NCBI GenBank assembly: GCA_963717505.1
Contig: OY970342.1
Span: 3,072,001 to 3,136,000 of the forward strand
DNA length: 64,000 nucleotides
DNA from: Candidatus Eiseniibacteriota bacterium
GTDB lineage: Bacteria; Eisenbacteria; RBG-16-71-46
Direction of reading: 5' to 3'
The notes below the pieces were generated by a model. It made no database searches. It was not told the origin of the DNA and was given only the letters and a program-made list of their open reading frames with translations. Below are positions 60,670 through 64,000 of this stretch, piece after piece (position 1 is the first letter of the stretch; each line of letters opens with the position of its first letter). The translations under genes and the position numbers were made by a program.

Positions 60670-61668
60670 GTGAAACCGGTGCGGGTCGGCGTTTGGGGGG
60701 TCGGCGTCTGGGGTGAGAAGCACGCTCGGGTCTATCGGGCGCTCCCCGGGGCCGAGCTGGTCGGCGTCCATGACCAGGATGTCTCGCGCGCCCGGAAGGT
60801 GGCCGACGAGCATGGCGCCCGGGCGTTCGAGCGGGCCGAGGATCTGCTCGCAGAGTGCGAGGCGGTTTCGATTGCGGTGCCGACCATCGCCCACCGCGAG
60901 GCGGTCGAACGCGCCGCCGCCGCCGGTTGCCACGCGCTGGTCGAGAAGCCGATGGCGTTCGCGGTCGCCGACGCCGACGCGATGATCGCCGCCGCGACCC
61001 GCGCCGGCATCACGCTCCAGGTCGGCCAGGTCGAGCGCTTCAATCCGGCGTTGCTTGCGGCGCGTCCATTCCTGCGCGGCATCAAGTTCATCGAAGGCCA
61101 TCGCATGGCGGCGTTCCAGCCGCGTTCCCTCGACATCGACGTGGTGTTCGACCTGATGATCCACGACCTGGACATCGTGCTCCATCTGGTCGGTCAGAGT
61201 CCGACGGCGCTTTCGGCGGTCGGGGTCGCGGTGCTGTCGAGCAACGAGGACATCGCCAATGCCCGCCTCGAGTTCGCGGACGGCTGCGTCGCCAACCTGA
61301 CGGCGAGCCGGGTCTCGGTCGAGCGGTTGCGCCGCATCCGGTTCTTCCAGGGCGACGCCTATGTCTCGGTCGACCTGTTCGAGAAGTCGGGCGAAGCGTT
61401 CGTGATCAGCGACCCGAGGTCGTTCCGACCCGGTGCGGTGAATCCTCTGGAGCTGATGGCCAAGATCCGGCGGACCAAGATCGAGCCCAGCCCCGGTGAG
61501 CCCCTGTCCCTGCAGCTCGAGGCCTTCCTGTCCTCGTTGCGTGGCGAGGGCGCCGGGGCGGCTTCGGCCCGCGCCGGTCGCGATGCGCTCGAAATCGCCG
61601 AGCGCGTGCGATCGGCGATGAAGCAGCGCGCCGATCAGTGGAACCTGAATCCGCTCGGCGCTTCCTGA
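60670..61668 (+). CDS. Gfo/Idh/MocA oxidoreductase, probable GnnA
   Basis: GVGVWG.KHAR, VEKP, VERFNP, DLMIHDLD, TASRVS; between lpxA and lpxB. Confidence 0.8.
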   Translation: MKPVRVGVWGVGVWGEKHARVYRALPGAELVGVHDQDVSRARKVADEHGARAFERAEDLLAECEAVSIAVPTIAHREAVERAAAAGCHALVEKPMAFAVADADAMIAAATRAGITLQVGQVERFNPALLAARPFLRGIKFIEGHRMAAFQPRSLDIDVVFDLMIHDLDIVLHLVGQSPTALSAVGVAVLSSNEDIANARLEFADGCVANLTASRVSVERLRRIRFFQGDAYVSVDLFEKSGEAFVISDPRSFRPGAVNPLELMAKIRRTKIEPSPGEPLSLQLEAFLSSLRGEGAGAASARAGRDALEIAERVRSAMKQRADQWNLNPLGAS

Positions 61669-62810
61669 TCGTCGCCGGCGAGGCCTCGGGCGACCGGCAT
61701 GCGGCGCGGGTCGTCGCCGAGCTGCGCCGGCTGGGACCGATCGACGTGCGCGGGATCGCCGGACCGGCGCTGCGCGCGGCCGGCGTCACCGCGATCGGAG
61801 CCAGTGACGATCTGGCGGTGGTCGGATTCACCGGCGTGGTGGCGCGACTGCCGCGCATCGTCGGATTGATCGCCAAGCTCAAACGGCTGGCGCAGGACTT
61901 TCGCCCGCAGGTCGCGATCCTGGTCGACAGCCCGGGATTCAATTTTCGGATCGGTCCCGAACTCCACCGCCGCGGCGTGCGCGTGCTCTACTACATCGCA
62001 CCCCAGGTCTGGGCGTGGCACGCGGAGCGTGCCGCGGAGATGGCGCGCTGGGTGGATCGGCTGGCGGTCGTGTTTCCGTTCGAGGAGGAATTGTTTCGCG
62101 CGGCCGGAGTCGAGACCTCGTTCGTCGGCCACCCGCTGCTCGAAGAAGCACCGGCGGCGGCAGGGGAAAACCTGCACGCCCAGCTCGGCGTGCCGGCGTC
62201 GACCCGACTGATCGGGCTCCTGCCGGGCAGCCGCCCGGGGGAGCTGCGCGCGCACCTGGGAACCATGGTCGAGGCGGCGCGCCGTCTGGCGGCCTCGCGC
62301 CCCGACGTGCTCGGTGTGGTCGCGCTGGCGCCGGGCCTCGAGTCGCAGGTGCCGGCCACACTGCTCACCGGCAAGGGTCCGGTGCGGGCGCTCAGTGGAA
62401 TCACGCGATTGCTGCAAAGGGCCGCCACCTGTTGCGCCGTCGCGTCGGGGACGGCGACCCTCGAGACCGCGATTGCCGGCACACCGCTGGTCGTGGTCTA
62501 TCGGACCGGGGGGATCAACTATGCGATCGCTCGACGCGTGGTGCGGCTCGATCGGATTGGTCTGCCGAACATCGTCGCGGGCGCCGACGTGGCGCCCGAG
62601 CTGATTCAGGATCAGTTCACGCCGGACCGGCTGGCCGCGGTGCTCGGGCGCTGGCTCGACGACCCGACGGCATGCGCGGAGGCGCGCCGCGGACTCGAGC
62701 GCGTGCGCGGGCGTCTCGGCGAGTCGGGAGCCGCACGCCGGGTCGCGGGCCTGGCGTGGGATCTGGCGACCGGTACCCCCGCCGCACCCGAGATCGCGGG
62801 GGCTTCGTGA
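61638..62810 (+). CDS. lpxB: Lipid-A-disaccharide synthase
   Basis: AGEASGD, DSPGFN, PQVWAW, FPFE, FVGHPL, LPGSR, SGTATLE, LPNI. Confidence 0.96.
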   Translation: MEPESARRFLIVAGEASGDRHAARVVAELRRLGPIDVRGIAGPALRAAGVTAIGASDDLAVVGFTGVVARLPRIVGLIAKLKRLAQDFRPQVAILVDSPGFNFRIGPELHRRGVRVLYYIAPQVWAWHAERAAEMARWVDRLAVVFPFEEELFRAAGVETSFVGHPLLEEAPAAAGENLHAQLGVPASTRLIGLLPGSRPGELRAHLGTMVEAARRLAASRPDVLGVVALAPGLESQVPATLLTGKGPVRALSGITRLLQRAATCCAVASGTATLETAIAGTPLVVVYRTGGINYAIARRVVRLDRIGLPNIVAGADVAPELIQDQFTPDRLAAVLGRWLDDPTACAEARRGLERVRGRLGESGAARRVAGLAWDLATGTPAAPEIAGAS

Positions 62811-63496
62811 GTGCGCGGGGCGTGCCCTGGTGGATGCCGGTGGCCGCGACCGCAGCGACCTGGGTTCTGCGAATGTTGGCGGCGACCTGGCGCGTGGACC
62901 GATCGGGCATGCGCGAGGGCGACGCGGCAGTTGCGGCCGGCCAGCCGTGCCTGTTTGCGTTCTGGCACGCGCGCATGCTGCCGCTCGTGATCACCCATCG
63001 TGGCCGGGGTGGCGCCGTGCTGGTGAGCCGCCATCGCGACGGCGAGTGGATCAGTCAGGTGTTGCAACGTCTCGGTTTCCTGGTGGCGCGCGGATCGAGC
63101 ACGCGCGGAGGCGGCGCGGGGGCGTTGCAGATGCTCGAGTCGGCGCGCGCCGGACGAATCCTCGGGATCACCCCGGACGGTCCGCGCGGCCCGCGCGAGC
63201 GCGTCAAGCCCGGGACCGTCTACCTGGCGAGCCGATCGGGGTTGCCGGTGGTGCCGGTCGCGACTGCATCGCGCCGCACCTGGGTGCTCGATTCCTGGGA
63301 CCGATTCCGGGTTCCCAAGCCGTTCGCACAGGTGATCGTGACTTATGGTCCCGCGATCCGCGTGCCGCCCGAGCTCGACGAGACGATGGCCGAGCGATTT
63401 CGATCCGAGATCGAACGTGCGATCACGGAGCTGACCTCGACCACCGCGCGCCGGGCGGGAGAGGTTTGCGCGGCCTCCGGTTCGGGGGCGGCATGA
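62807..63496 (+). CDS. DUF374 lysophospholipid acyltransferase (LpxJ-like)
   Basis: FWH, SRHRDGE, RGSS, TPDGPRGP, SWDRF.VPKPF; within the lipid A cluster. Confidence 0.85.
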   Translation: MSARGVPWWMPVAATAATWVLRMLAATWRVDRSGMREGDAAVAAGQPCLFAFWHARMLPLVITHRGRGGAVLVSRHRDGEWISQVLQRLGFLVARGSSTRGGGAGALQMLESARAGRILGITPDGPRGPRERVKPGTVYLASRSGLPVVPVATASRRTWVLDSWDRFRVPKPFAQVIVTYGPAIRVPPELDETMAERFRSEIERAITELTSTTARRAGEVCAASGSGAA

Positions 63497-64000
63497 GCCT
63501 GGCGTGGAGTGCCTACCGCGTGGTGGCGCCGCTGCTCGGGATGCTGGCGCCGGTGGCACGTCCGTTCGCCATGCCCTCGGAGCGAGAGCGCTGGAAGGAG
63601 CGCATGGGACTCGGACCGTCGATCGGCGGCTGCGATGTCTGGATCCACGCGGCCTCGCTTGGCGAAACGCTCGGCGTGCGCCCCTTGGTCGATGCGCTCG
63701 GACGGCTGGCCCCGGAAGCCACGATGTTCCTGACGGCGATGACCCTGGCGGGCCGCGAACGGCTGACCTCGATCGATCCCGGTGCAGCCTTGGCGCCGAT
63801 GGACGCCCCGCAGATCGTGCGGCGTTTCTTCGATCGCGTAACACCCCGTCGGGTCATCCTGCTCGAAACCGAATTGTGGCCGCACTGGTTGATCGAGGCG
63901 GATCGACGTTCGGTGCCGGTGGTGGTGGCCAGCGCGCGGCTCTCGGAGCGCTCGTGCCGGCGCTACCTGAGGTTCGGCGGCGAGTTCCGCGAGCTGGTCG
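63493..64000 (+). CDS. waaA: Kdo transferase (3' end outside window)
   Basis: Translated by eye: WIHAASLGE, APMD, ETELWP, SARLSERS. Confidence 0.92.
   Translation, partial: MSLAWSAYRVVAPLLGMLAPVARPFAMPSERERWKERMGLGPSIGGCDVWIHAASLGETLGVRPLVDALGRLAPEATMFLTAMTLAGRERLTSIDPGAALAPMDAPQIVRRFFDRVTPRRVILLETELWPHWLIEADRRSVPVVVASARLSERSCRRYLRFGGEFRELV

Overview
GC-rich bacterial chromosomal window, almost entirely housekeeping genes on the + strand (one minus-strand gene, 23285-23650). Lipid A genes, BamA and an LpxC-FabZ fusion show an LPS diderm; an FCB-group lineage such as Ca. Eisenbacteria is my inference only. Order: pcrA (5' cut)-gatCAB-purD-purE-tsaC-GT-C glycosyltransferase-ywlE-like phosphatase-ilvE-rpiB-glyA; sigma54-type promoter plus orphan gene; MoxR/DUF58/Bat (VWA-TPR) operon-PAP2; PTS IIA-Zn ribbon; cca-like-polyprenyl synthase-rsfS-argS-pfkB; an inserted signalling module; purM-sigma54 activator-oxidoreductase-lnt-asd-ecfT-truA-htrA-purB-purL-purQ-purS-like-purF; lysS-lolE-lolD-mcsA-mcsB-clpC-bamA-skp-lpxD-lpxC/fabZ-lpxA-gnnA-like-lpxB-DUF374-waaA (3' cut). 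No rRNA, tRNA, CRISPR or mobile element was seen. The best candidate for an undescribed system is 29270-31579: a protein resembling a stand-alone LeuA allosteric domain, then an unannotated 8-codon ORF (MKMGKAGW) with a near-perfect Shine-Dalgarno inside alternative RNA pairings, then a polytopic membrane HD-GYP phosphodiesterase. Other notable items: a probable tandem PurS fusion, a complete protein-arginine phosphorylation set in a diderm, a PTS IIA lacking its phospho-His, a CCA-type enzyme lacking a catalytic Asp, ArgRS with NVVS instead of HIGH, and a 24-bp tandem repeat extending TruA. Starts were refined by eye; no searches were run.
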